DNA of 64,000 bases from contig CM052832.1 of assembly GCA_028534125.1 (NCBI GenBank), positions 11,596,001-11,660,000 on the forward strand, written 5' to 3'. Made by a program: the position numbers and the translations under genes. This stretch comes from Lama glama. Its lineage: Eukaryota. The notes beneath the pieces are model-generated. The model was given only the letters and a program-made list of their open reading frames with translations. It had not been told where the DNA came from and made no database searches. Each line of letters begins with the position of its first letter. Position 1 is the stretch's first letter. This document shows, piece by piece, positions 24,479 to 36,400 of the stretch.

Positions 24479-24920
24479 CAGGCAGAGTGCTTAAACTTAT
24501 TTTTTGTTTCAAGCACTCCTCTGGCTGTCTGTTGAAGTCTGTGGACTTCTTCCTAGTAAAATGTTTTTAAATGCCTAAAATAAAATGTGCTATGTTACAA
24601 AGGCAACCGATTACATCAAAACACAAGTATCGAGATATTTCTTAAAAATAACATTTGTAGGAATAGCTGTGGTTTTTAATTAACTGTTATAGTACAACTT
24701 ATAGCAGTGGGTCTAATAACTGACACTTTTGTTGTAACAATATTTTGAGATACTTGCCACCATTTTCTTGTGATAGTAGAAAAAACACGACATCCGTGGG
24801 TGATGAAATCTCAGGTGCTGCTCATGCCACTGTGAATTGTTATTGAAGAGGATGCTAAATTTCAGATAGAGGTTAGCACAAATAAAGCTGTACGATGATT
24901 TTGTATGCAAGTTCAAGGAG
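24479..24920. mobile_element. hAT-Charlie DNA transposon relic (MER119-like)
   Basis: CTGGCTGTCTGTTGAAGTCTGTGGACTTCTTC...AATGTTTTTAAATGCCTAAAATAAAAT...TTACAAAGGCAACCGATTA resembles a remembered consensus. Confidence 0.55.
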
Positions 24921-26272
24921 TTCAACTCACTTCCTTGCTTTCTGCCTTCATGATTTATTTCACACTGCTGTCTCCACCCAGTGCGCCTGGTGAACTCTTA
25001 CCTAGTTTTCAAAATGAATGTCAAGGTCAGCCTATCTTTGAAGTCACTCTGCCAGAGAGAAGAGACCCATTACCTCTGTGGTCCCTGCTCCCAACCCTGG
25101 ATAGACGTTTACTTCTGTTTTGTCTCCTGGTCACTCAAAGGAACTTTGGGACAAGGACAGTGCCATACTATGTTATAACCTCAGTGCTTGCACGGAGTCT
25201 GGCATATAGTAGCTCACGAAAAAAAAAAATTGAATGAATGAATGAATACATAAATGTATGAACATGAGGCATTGTAAGCAGTCACCCAAAGACGCTGGCA
25301 GGGTCAGTGTGGTACTGTCATCCCACATGCCATGCAAAGAGCAGTTCTTCCACTGACCATCCACTTTTCTTATCTCTAAAGCCCCGACCTGTGTTAGGGG
25401 TGACCAGCAAAGGGAGCAGGCTGGAAGAGACTGGTGGGGACAGACCACAGTCTCCAAAAGAGGCCCCCAAGCTACAGGGGAACTTGTTCACTGAAGGGCA
25501 GAGGGACAAAAGAGTCATCCCCACAGAGCTGCTGAGCACCCCCAGTCACCCCAACAGCGAGTGGGGAGGGCCCGGGCCAACAGGGCGAGGATTCTCAGCA
25601 CAGAAGGAAACCAGGAGGCTGCAGGGGAGCCTGAGGAGGTCGTGAGAAAGGGGGAAGTGACAGCACGTGCCCAGGTCAATAAGGAGAGCACAGACTCTGG
25701 GCTTAGGTCACCCGGAGCAAGTTCCTCTGCCTCCCCAAGCCTCAGCTTCCTCACACGTCAGTTGGGCTAATCATCCCCCATGGTGTCACTGTAACCGTTA
25801 AGTGAGAAAATAATAACGACTAAATGCTTTCTTTACCTGCATTATCTCATGTAGTGTTTATCACATTTCTGGCACCTAGTGAACACTTACTGATATTGCT
25901 ACAGGCAAACTTGAAAGGACAGATTAGCTCCCTGGGCCGGCCACCCTCTCCACTCACCTTTTTCCTCTTCTACTCATCTCATCAACCAGCTCCGCCCAAT
26001 CACCCCAAACCTCCCTGCCCAAGGTGCTTATAGAATCACCCAGGCAGGAACAGCTTTGGTCGGGGTGGTGGGGGTGGGGTGTTCCTGTGGACCATTAGAA
26101 CTTGTAAAACTTTTCGTGGGTTTGTACATGGGTACGTTTTTCTGAGAAAATGCTCGTAAATACTCAAAGTTGTAACCAAAACAACAAACGAAAAAAGGTT
26201 AAGATCCACAGAAGTAAAGTGATAAGGTCTTAATGCCGTATTCCTTCCCTGTGTTGGAAAAGAGGTCTTAGG

Positions 26273-26442
26273 TAGGTGGAGGGTATAGCTCAAGTGATAG
26301 AGCACATGTTTAGCATGCACGAGGTCCTGGGTTAAATGCCCCCAAAAATAAATGAATAAACCTAATTACTTTCCTCCTCAAAAATAAAAAAAGAAAGAGA
26401 AAACAACACATACCAAAAAAAAAAAAAAAAGAAGAAGAAGAA
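26273..26442 (+). mobile_element. tRNA-derived SINE (vic-1-like) with extended A/GAA tail
   Basis: GGAGGGTATAGCTCAAGTGATAGAGCACATGTTTAGCATGCACGAGGTCCTGGGTTAAAT; 16-bp TSD GAAAAGAGGTCT(T/G)AGG at 26257-26272 and 26443-26458. Confidence 0.9.
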
Positions 26443-26494
26443 GAAAAGAGGTCTGAGGGAGATGGCAATGTTTAACACAAAGGAATGACTCTCA

Positions 26495-26540
26495 AATGGT
26501 AGAATTTCAAGGATCAATGGTAGAATTTCAAGGATCAATG
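26495..26540 (+). repeat. Perfect 21-bp tandem duplication
   Basis: AATGGTAGAATTTCAAGGATC twice, plus AATG. Confidence 0.92.
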
Positions 26541-27044
26541 ATAGCTGGAGAGAAAGATTTGGGATAGGTTCCATAACTCACGCCCTGCTGTGTTACTCTG
26601 AAACTGACCCCATCTAAGGAATAGCTTCAGGTGATCTCTGAACTGGTTGGAGTGGAGGCCCCTCTTGTTAGTAAGCCATTTGGGGAGCAGTAGAAATTTT
26701 AGATAGTGCTACACCGCAGTGAAATTCTAATACCATCGTGTTCCCTTTTAAAGGAAAAGACATTGAAATGGCAATAGAGGCTTATCTGAAATCTTCAAAT
26801 ACAAATAATTCAGAATCAGTGCTCAAGCTCTAACTTACAAGGATACATTTCTGCATAGCTTAACTGGCTCTCTCAGAGTGAAGGACATGTAGCTTCAGTG
26901 TTAAGAGTAACTGAAACCCTGCAAGGCAACACTTACCTGACTTAATTATTGCCACTTAGCCACATCTTTCTCCTCAATGCCTGGCTAATTCTTGTAATTT
27001 CAAGTATCTTCCATTGGATTTACAAGTTCAATTTTCACTACTTT

Positions 27045-27443
27045 TTTTAAAAATGTGTTTTTACCTTAAACCTTATACATAGCAGAAAATTTACCGTCTT
27101 AATCATTTTTAAGTGGGCAGCACAGTAGTATTAAATACATGGATCTAGTTGTGCCCCAGAACTCTAGAACTTTTTTATCTTGCAAAACCGGAACGCTATG
27201 CCGAGTGAATAATTCTTTCTTTCCCCTCTCCCTAGCCCTGGAAATTACTATTTCACTTTCTGTTTCCAAGAGTTTGATCACTTTAGATGCCTCATATAAG
27301 TGGAAGCATACAGTATTTGTCTTTTTTGTGACTGGCTTGTTTCACTTGGCTTTATGTCCTTAAGGTTCATCCATGTTGCAGCATATGACAGACTTTCCTT
27401 CTATCTTAAGGCTGAATAATATTCCATCATATGTGTATACAAC
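27045..27443 (-). mobile_element. L1MB-type 3' end
   Basis: TCTAGAACTTTTTTATCTTGCAAAAC...CATATAAGTGGAAGCATACAGTATTTGTC...GGTTCATCCATGTTGCAGCA; flanked by ACTACTTTTTT-like duplication. Confidence 0.82.
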
Positions 27444-28489
27444 TTTTACTACTTTTTTTTTTTTAACTGCAACTCTGTTGCTCTGAGATTTCATTTTGTG
27501 CTGTGATTTTATTTTGTTTTTCCTGGTATAAAACATGAAGATTGTCCTTATCATGTACCTTGAATTTACCACTCAGAAAGCCTTCGTAACTGAATAAGCA
27601 GAGGATTTGTAGACATGAACATTTAACAGATACTTTCTCTAGGTTTCCAAATGACATTAGAAACAGAGCAAGTTTATAAAGTAACTGATAATCTTGGATA
27701 ATCTTTCATACTGCAAGCTATTTTATAAGACATTTAAAACTGTCTCTCTTCCAAGAAATATGACAAGAACGAAAATGAAAATGAAACCTTTTGACCTTCT
27801 AAGTTGAGAGTGATAAAGATTTTTTGTTTGTTTGTTTTAAGGAAACAAGGTTTTCAAGTGATGGCGAACCATTTCACTCTTTTAATGGCTTTTTATGTGC
27901 CTCCCTAGACCAGCCATGAATTTCAGAAGGGGATTATTCCCCTTGAAATTCCTATACAGAACATCAACAGAAATAGTTATAAACAGAAATGAAACAGTAA
28001 ATGTCTTAACATTATGAAAGGATCATCAAATGTTCATTCACCAAGAGGATAAGCCATTTACCTAGTTGAACCGAGGAAGAAATGAAGATGAGTAAGAATC
28101 CTTCGGTGGCCAAAGCTTGGGAGCGTGGCCTTGGGGAAAATAACTAATCTGCTTTGCCAATTTCTCTGCCTGGGACCCAGGTGAGAACTCTATTTTCAAA
28201 GCTGATTGCCTTTCAAAAGGTGGCACTCTGAAGTGATTACCATCCATAAGCATAATAGTAAAGCCATCAGAATGTATTTATTAGCAGTGTAAGAAAATAC
28301 CCACCCCCCACCCCCCATATGCCTATTTTTCTCTTTTCCATGCCTGGGGTTCAAGTTATCCAGACATTCATTGGTTTCAGAACAATTTGTATTTCCCAAA
28401 GTCCCCACTGGCTGCTGTGCTGAGAATAGCCATAGCTCCTGATCTCCTTTGGATATTATTGGTGTAAATGTGTGGATGGGGCTGGGGAG

Positions 28490-28740
28490 TCAGGGGAGGG
28501 ACAGGGCGGGGGAAGGCAGGAGAACATTCAGTGTAGAAGGAGCCAAAGGAAAGAGGAAGAGGCAGGAGCAGGGGAAAGGAGAGCTGGGGTAAGAGATTTG
28601 GGGAAATGTGGGAAGGTAAGGAATGGGGCCCCAGAAGGAGAGGGTGAGGAGAGAGTGAGCGTGACTTTGAGGGAGCAAGAAAAGGGAAGTGGTCAGAAAA
28701 TGGAGAAATAGGCAATGTGGAAAGATAGAGAAAGTAGAAA
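28490..28740. repeat. Purine-rich (GA) low-complexity tract
   Basis: Strong A/G bias on the + strand. Confidence 0.7.
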
Positions 28741-29753
28741 TTATTTTTTAAAAACTTCGAATAAAAACCAATTCATCCCAAAGTACTCTGCAGTGCTTCT
28801 GTGAGACAGTGAAACTGAAATAGGAAGAGGCCCTTTATTTTCTTAGGAAGAGAACGCAGACCGAAGGTGGGAGAGGAATGGTAGAGAATTTTCCAAACAA
28901 AGAGAGAGACTGTGGCCTCTCAAACTGCCCCCATCCCACGCTGGATGAACTGTTCACACCACAGCCCCTGACTTTCTCTATCCAGCAAGGGGGATCTGGG
29001 ACAGAGCCTGGTCTTCCCACAGGCTGAGGGCTGGAAAGTGGGACTTCGGACTTGGGTACAGAGAGATAGGAGGTGGGCAGAGTTTTAAGGAAGTGGGGAG
29101 CTATCTGGGTGGGTAAGGGGCTCTGGCTGGGGAGTGGGTGGCCTCCAGAGGGAGCCACCTCAAGGCCTTGATGGGGGGACTCGGTTCCGGAAGGCTTCGG
29201 GGACGCAGAATCAAGAAACCTGGGGCTTCCCAGCTTCCGGCTCCAGCCCCCAGAGGACACACTTCTGGTGCCATAAAGGAGACAGAAACAACTACAAAGC
29301 CAGATCGTTCCTTCAAACCTGCACTCCTAGTCCCTCTGCTTCAGCCTGATTTGGAGATACCAGAGATGCCACCCTCAAGGAAAAACTACCCTAACTTTTG
29401 ATCCCCTCAGCAAACACCCCCTCTCTTCCCCCACAGGAAAGAAGGCCTTGGCCAGGGGTCAGCGCACAGGGACTTAGCTCACTGCTCCACCTGCCCCCAC
29501 AGATGCCCCCGAGGGTCAGGGCCAGCCCCTGATACAGAGTGCTGGAGGGAGCGTGCCCCCGCCTGCAACTTCTGGCTGTTGCTGATTGAGAGACTTTGAA
29601 CAAACTAATCCACTCAATCTTCAGTTTCCTCACTGCAAAGTGGTTGAAATGACAGGGCCTGCTTAAGATGCATGGAAAAGATGCAATGCTGCCTGAAGTC
29701 TACGAACCTTTGGTAAATGGCAGCCAAGTGAGTGAGAAATATCCTGGGTGTGT

Positions 29754-31999
29754 TTTTGGTTTAGTTTTATTGCTTGTTTTTGTTTTTGTTTTTAATTTGG
29801 TTAATTTTTTTATTCAGGTATAATTGACATAATTATATTAGTTTCAGGTGTACAACCATAATGATTCAATATCTGTATATATTGCAAAATGATCACCATA
29901 GTAAGTCTAGTTAACATGTGTCATCATACACAGTTACATTTTTTTTCTTTCTTGTGATGAGGACTTTTAAGATTTACTCTCTCAGCAACTTTCAAATCTG
30001 CAATGCAGTATTATTTACCTATAGTCACCATGCTGTCTGTAATTACATCCTGATGACTTACTTAGCTTATAGTTGGAAGTTTGTACTTTCTAACCACTTA
30101 TACCCATTTCATCCACCCTCTTACCCCCAACTCTGGCAACCAGCAACCTGTTCTCTGTATTTATGAGTCTGTTGGGTGTTTTGTTTTTTTTTTTAATTCT
30201 ACATATAAGTGAGATCATATGATATGTGTGTTCTCTGTCTGACTTATTTCATTTGGCATAAGGCCCTCAAGATCTATCCATATGGTCACAAATGGCAAGA
30301 TTTCTTTCTTTTTTATGGCTGAATAGTATTCTATTTATACATACACCACAATTTCTTCCTCCATTCATCCATCAGTAGACACTTAGGTTGTTTCCATGTC
30401 TTGGCTGTTATCAGCAATGCTTCAGTGAACATCGTGGTGCATATAACTTTTCAAGTTAGTATTTTTATTTTCTTTGGATGAATACTCATAAGTGGAATTG
30501 CTGGATCATATAGTAGTTGTATTTTTAACTTTTTGAGGAACATTCATACTGTTTTCCATAGTGGCTACGTCAGTTTACATTCCAACCAACAGTGCACAAG
30601 AGTTCCCTTTTCTCCATATCCAGGCCCATGCTTGTTATTTGCCTTTTTGATAACTTGTTGTATGAGGCGATATCTCATTGTGGTTTTGATTTGCATTTCT
30701 CTAATGATTAGTGATGTTGAGCATCTTTTCATGTACCTGTTGGCCATCTGTGTGTCTTCTTTGGGAAAATGCCTATTCAGATCCTCTGTCCACTTTTTAA
30801 TTAAGTTGTTTGTTTTTGACAATATGGAGGTGTATGAGTTCTTTTTATAGTTTGGATATTAACCCCTTATCAGATATATGATTTGCAAATATTTGCTCCC
30901 ATTCAGAAGGTTGCCTTTTCATTATTGATGATCTCCTTTGTTGTTCAGAAACATTTTAGTTTAATGTAGTCCCACTTGTTTATTTTTACTTTTGTTGCCA
31001 TGGCTTTTAGAGTCAGATTTTAAAAATTATGGCCAAGGCTGGTGTCACGGAGCTTACCAACCTAATGTTTTCTCCTGGGAGTTTTATGGTTTCAGGTCTT
31101 ACATTAAAATTTCTAATCCGTTTTGAGTTAATTTTTGTGTATGGTATAAAATGCAGTCTAGTTTCACTCTTTTTTGCATGTGGCTGTCTAGTTTCCTCAA
31201 CACCATTTATTGAAGAGACTATCCTTTCTCCATTGTATATTCTTGACTCCTTTGTGGTAAATTAATTGACCATATGTGTGTGTTTATTTCTGGGCCCTCT
31301 TTTCTTTTCCATTGGTCTATGAGTTGTTTTTATGCCAATGCTTTACTGTTTTGATTACTGTAGCTTCAGAATATAGTCTGAAACCAGAAAGTGTGTTGCC
31401 TCTGGCTTTGTTCTTCTTTCTTGAGATTGCTTTGGCTGTTCAGGGTCTTCTGTGGTTACATACAAATTTTAGGATTGTTTGTTCTATTTCTGTGAAAAAT
31501 ACCAGAATTAGAATTTTGATAGGAATTACACTAAATCTACAGATTGCTTGGGTACTACAGACATTTTAACAATAGTAATTCTTCCAATCCTTGTGTACAG
31601 GACATCTTTTTATTTATTTACATCTTCTTCAATTTCTTTCATCACTTACACTTACACTTTTCAGTGTACAAATCTTGCACCCCCTTAGTTAAATTTATTT
31701 CTAGGTATTTTATTCTTTCTGATGCAATTATAAATAGAATTTTTTTTAATTTCTCTTTCTGATAGTACGTTATTAGTGTATGGAAACACAATAGATGTTT
31801 GTGTATTCATTTTGAATCCTGCCCCTTACTAAATTCATTGATTAGTCCTAGCAGTTTTTTGGTGGAGTCTTCAGGGTTTTCTATACATAATATCATGTCA
31901 TCTGCAAATAGGGACAGTTTTACTTCTCCCCCTTACCCCCCTAGTTTGTATCCCTTTTCTTTCTTTTTCTTGCCTAATTGCTCTAGCTAGGACTTCCAT
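29754..31999 (-). mobile_element. ~2.2-kb 5'-truncated LINE-1 (ORF2 C-terminus and 3' UTR), antisense to KCNK5
   Basis: Minus-strand ORF 30565-30822 gives the L1 ORF2 motif [48 protein letters not shown]-rich tail at ~29754-29812; TGGGTGTGT duplicated at 29745-29753 and 32000-32008. Confidence 0.93.
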
Positions 32000-32212
32000 T
32001 GGGTGTGTGCTTTTGACAAATTCATAAATTCATTTACTCCATTGCACAAGTGTTTACTATGTAACATGCACTGGAGGTACATCATCCAACAATCCAGACT
32101 TTGCCCCCAGCTGGTCATCATTTCAGTGTTATATAGTATATTAGAATTACATAGGATATCCGAAGGAATTTAGTGCTAGGAAGAAAATAAGGCCAATAAG
32201 GGGGATAAGGAG

Positions 32213-32250
32213 TGTGTGTGTGTGTGTGTGGTGGTGGTGGTGGTGGTGGG
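32213..32250. repeat. Compound (TG)n(GGT)n microsatellite
   Basis: TGTGTGTGTGTGTGTGTG followed by GTGGTGGTGGTGGTGGTGGG. Confidence 0.88.
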
Positions 32251-32829
32251 TGTTTGCAATTTTAAATAAGCTTGGGAGTATGAAAGAGGTCAAGTGTTTC
32301 CTGTAGAGTCGAAGTTGCTTGTGGTTGTGGGGAGGTGTATGAACAGTGAGTGCTGCTTCTGACTGCTGTTTCCCCGATGTGTGTGTGTGTTGCGGGGGGG
32401 AGGGGTGGTCTCACCAGCGCCAGTGAGAATGGGGTGAGAGGGTGGAGTTAAGCCCTTGTGGCTGGTTTAGTTCCTGATAACCTCTGATTCTCTACAGCCT
32501 CTCCAGTCCCTTTCTAATGTCCTTTCCCCAGTCTTACAAGAAGGTGTGTGAGACAGAAAGAGACTGAGAATCAAGCTTTCTGGGCAGAAACATCAGTATG
32601 AAAATTGACTTGCAATGAAAGTAACAATATTGATAACTTCCTGACCCCAGTCATTAGGTACACATTCATTTTCGTTAATACACCAGCACTAGTAAAAACT
32701 CAAGTCTCGGCGACCACAACCCCTGGGACAGGCGGGGCGCGCAGCCTACCCTGGCTGCGGCCGTGGGGAGCGCAGCGAGCCCTGGGCTAGTTCCAGCGCA
32801 CACCTAGCGGTGACTCTGGGGCCCGCGGC

Positions 32830-32950
32830 GGGGTCTGGGTGGGGCGGGGCCTGCACAGGGGCGGGCCCCCAACGGGCCCCTCCTCCGCCAGCAGAGCGCG
32901 CAGGGCTCGGGTTAAAGAGGCGCGCGGAGGCGGGCGCCGCTCATACTGCT
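32830..32950 (+). promoter_or_regulatory. KCNK5 core promoter: GC boxes, TATA-like TTAAAG and initiator; inferred TSS ~32943
   Basis: GGGGCGGGGC at 32841-32850 and GGGGCGGG at 32858-32865. TTAAAG starts at 32912, 31 nt upstream of the A (32943) of TCATACT, which fits the Inr consensus YYANWYY. Confidence 0.65.
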
Positions 32951-33282
32951 GTGGCGCGCGGAGCACTGTCCCACGTGTCTGTCCTTGAGTGCGGCTCCGT
33001 GTTCCTCCAGCTCCTTTCGCCTCTGCGATCCAGGGTGCCCCTTCGGCCCCCTTGGTGTCTTCCCACCCCTGGCCCACGTGAGAAGGGTCCGCACAGTTCC
33101 CCGCACTCAGTGGGCCAACTTGGAGGAGCAACTTTGTCAGTGCAGCGGCGCCGGAGGGTACTGGGCACTGCGCATGCGGAGCTCCAAATTCAAACAGCTG
33201 TTTCCAGAGGCTGCAGGGCGCGTGGACCGGGCTCTGCTGGGGTTAAGGGAGGTTTTCTACAGGAGGCGGCCTCTCGAGAACC
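32943..33282 (+). other. Inferred KCNK5 5' UTR (~340 nt) with two CACGTG E-boxes, an NRF1-like site and one upstream AUG
   Basis: CACGTG at 32972-32977 and 33075-33080; TGCGCATGCG at 33169-33178. The only ATG between the Inr and the main start is at 33174. Confidence 0.6.
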
Positions 33283-33468
33283 ATGGTGGACCGGGGCCCT
33301 CTGCTTACCTCGGCCATTATCTTCTACCTGGCTATCGGGGCGGCGATCTTCGAGGTGCTGGAGGAGCCGCACTGGAAAGAGGCCAAGAAAAACTACTACA
33401 CACAGAGACTGCATCTGCTCAAGGAGTTCCCGTGCCTGGGCCAGGAGGGCCTAGACAAGATCCTGCAG
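33283..33468 (+). CDS. KCNK5: KCNK5 (TASK-2/K2P5.1) coding exon 1, residues 1-62: M1 helix and extracellular cap including Cys51
   Basis: Translates to MVDRGPLLTSAIIFYLAIGAAIFEVLEEPHWKEAKKNYYTQRLHLLKEFPCLGQEGLDKILQ, which I recognise as the TASK-2 N-terminus. Strong Kozak ACCATGG; ends at donor CAG|GTGAGT; 186 nt, phase 0. Confidence 0.97.
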
Positions 33469-36400
33469 GTGAGTCTCCGCCACCACCTCTGCATACACCT
33501 GAAGCTGGCTGGAGGTTTAGGAGTGCTGAAGGGGAGCCCCTCACAGCTTTGGATGACCCTAAATCCCTGTGGGTGGTCCTGGAGGGTGACGGGAGAGGAT
33601 GTCTCACCATGAGTATGACTGGTGAAAATCTGTCCTTCAACGCGTGGACACAGGAGTCACCAGTGAGCACGGAGACTCTTTGGCATCCAATTTGTCCGGA
33701 GGGAAGAATTTAATTTAGCTTTGACCCTCGGTGAACCAAGCCCCATGGCTCGGTGTGGGTGTGCGGGTACCTCTCTGGTTGGAGGAGGCTGTGGGGCTGA
33801 TAAAGGCGTTATCTTTCCTTGGAGACGGTCTTAGAGTTTGGAAGCCCTGCGGGGTGCCAACCCCTCGCGTCTCCACCTTCCTTCTCCGGGGCACCCGGCC
33901 GGCTTCTTTCTCGTTTTCTTCACCAGCCCCGAGGACTTGCGCGAGGCTCCCCCTACCCCGCAGGGCTCAGAATCTGGGTCCCGGACTCTGTCTGGCCTGA
34001 GACCCTGGGATGGGGGCTGGTGGCTGGAATGCTGGGGACGCGCGCAGACTTCCGGGAAGGCTTATCTCGCGGAGACATCCCCGAAGGGCTTGGAGTTAAA
34101 CTGTGAAAATAACAGGCTGAACAAAAGAACAAAACCCGAGGAGTCCCTTTTCGGGGGATAGGGGCGTGGGGAAGGAGAGGTTGTGCAGAATGGAAGGTGG
34201 GTGCATGTTGGCATTGGTTCATATACCCTATGGGTGGCTTTGGCTTCACTTGGATAAACTGTGGGGCTGACCTTGGGCCAGTTTAGCGACCGAGGTCCTC
34301 TACCTCAGTTTCTAGGAGGCTCTTGGCCTCAGCCATCCTCCCTTCTTGGCTTGCACTAACGGCCTCTCTCCAGGAGAACGACCAGACCCCAGGTAAGAGC
34401 AGTTGAAGGCTCTAGCTTGTGAGGTGGAGTAGCAGTAAATTGTCCAAGGTATTACATTTCTCTTGGGGTAAAAGATGCCAGAAAGGAGGTTTAAATGAGG
34501 AACAATATTTAATCTACAGCAGTTCCCCAATACCTTATGGCTGGGTAGTTGTCTCTAATTTTCCTGGCCTCAATTTTCCTATGTGTAAAATGGGAATGAA
34601 CCCGTCTTCGTCTTCATCTCTCTTTCTTGCCCTGGACTGTTAGAAGCATTGGAAAACGTGAAGGCATCTTATCTGTGGTATTCCCTTTCTGCCCCCAAAT
34701 TGATATATATTCCAACAGGTGAGCATATAGGTGTCTATTGGCAGCCAAGCAAATAAAGACTTGTTCTCTCTGGGGCCAGTGGAAGGGGAGATTTAGGCCC
34801 ACAGGTAGGGTGTTAGTGGGGAGTCTCCCGTCTGGGAGCAGTTCCCGGGATACAGGCCTGTGGGAGGTGAGGTTGATGGGAGCTGGGTGGTGTAGCTCCT
34901 GATTATCTGGAGTTCTGGGCTGCTGCTCCTTCCTTGGGATGGGTATCTGCCCTGTATGTGTGTGTGTTGGGGAGGGGGGATCATTTTATAATTTCCCTTG
35001 AGGAAACAATTCCTCTGGAGAAAGAGCTGTTGTTTAGTTTGCTCCAGGGCTTTGTTTAGAGGGGAAGAAGGCAGGTGGCGATGATAAAGAATCTGAGCTG
35101 CCCTCGAAGTGTTTCCCTCTCTGCTGCTCCTCCGCCACTGCAGGGGAAGGAAGGAAAGAATTCAAGGCTGAATGTGGGAAAATAAACTTCAAAACATGAG
35201 GAGAAGGGAAAAGGAGGGGGGTTGGGGAGAGGCAGCCGGGTGCAGCTGGTGGTTATAGCTTTGGAGATTAGACAGCTTTCTTAAGGTGTTGGAGTATGCA
35301 AGACACTTGGTATTTTGAGGTCCTGTTAAACCCGCCAATGATTACCAACCCCCTCACCTCTGAGCCGGCAGGTAACTTTAGGAAAAGGATTTGGGCATCA
35401 GGCCAGTCTGATTTGGAGATGTTTATGGACAGGCCTGTCCCCATCTCCGGCCAAAAAAACTCTCAAGCCATCTCCAACGTGGTGAGTCCCCTCCTTTCAT
35501 AAGAAAAACCCCCAGAAATGAAAACAGACCAGTGGAGGCATTTTGCTAGCATCATTTTCAGTCTGCAGAAACCTGCCTTGCTCTGCTTTTTGATCTGCGA
35601 CTTGGAGGCGCTCAGGAAATTGGTTTAAGGAAAAACAAAAACTCAAAAATCTTCTTTCCCATCTGGCTACTCTGGCATTTTCCACCTGAGGTTCTGTGTT
35701 TTATCAGGTTCTAAATCACCTTTGTAATTCTAAAAGGGTCCTTATTAGGAATTCCTGGGGCGGGAGCCAGTTCCTGGGAAGGGCTGTTGGAACGGAGGAG
35801 GGTGCAGTATGGTTTGGGGTTTTTCTTAGAGTGGAAATTATGTGCCTGCTCTCAAAGGCATGAGAAAGGGAGTTAAGACACCTTTCTTTCGCTCTTTGGA
35901 AATAGTCCCTGAGTTGTCAGGTGCTTCCTTCTTGTTCTTGCTATGGTTGATCAGAGACAGAGGCTAATTTTCAAGCGCTCAGTGCTCCACCGTCCTCGGA
36001 CCACATAGTCACCCTCCTTCCTGCCTTCAGAACCATCTTGAACCCTTGCTCTCAAGGCTGCTTCTCCCGGTTCAGTTCCCTGCTCCCCTAGTCTCTTCCT
36101 AAATAGCAGAGGCTCCCCTGAGGAGAGTTGGCATTGACTGAGTGCCTGGCGAGTTGGGCGGGCGGTAATCTGCATTTTATGACAGGCCACAGGCTGCTTT
36201 TGCCATTTACGGATCAAGCCATCAACTTTGCTTCTTTTTCCTCATCAGCAGAATGAGGGTCTGTAAATGAGGGTCAAGTAAAGTGGAAGCACTGGGCAGG
36301 TGTGACTGAGGAGGGCCAGCGCATCTCCCCTGGTGCACACACTGAGGACACGTTGACCAGGACAACTTGCTAAGTGTTGCACCTGCATTCATCAGGTCCT

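Larger units (their letters stand above)
32700..34100. promoter_or_regulatory. CpG island over the KCNK5 promoter, exon 1 and start of intron 1
   Basis: Visibly GC- and CpG-dense (many CGCG/GCGC) compared with the CpG-poor flanks; boundaries approximate. Confidence 0.85.

Noticed and set aside
12021..26442. tRNA genes
   Set aside because: The tRNA-like A/B boxes belong to SINE copies with A-rich tails, TSDs and decayed stems.
30565..30822. Functional reverse-transcriptase/ORF2 gene
   Set aside because: Short remnant of a 5'-truncated L1 with stops and indels.
1..32700. KCNK17/KCNK16 exons, since these paralogues lie upstream of KCNK5 in human
   Set aside because: I found no K2P pore (GYG/GFG in TxxTxG context) or matching transmembrane translation here; they probably lie outside the window.
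33283..33612. 109-aa ORF as a complete protein
   Set aside because: It is exon 1 reading through the strong donor at 33469 into intron; TASK-2 similarity stops at residue 62.
32810..33713. 214-aa and 242-aa ORFs around the promoter
   Set aside because: They start at GTG/TTG codons and reflect stop-codon scarcity in a CpG island. Only the AUG-initiated part from 33174 is kept as a finding.
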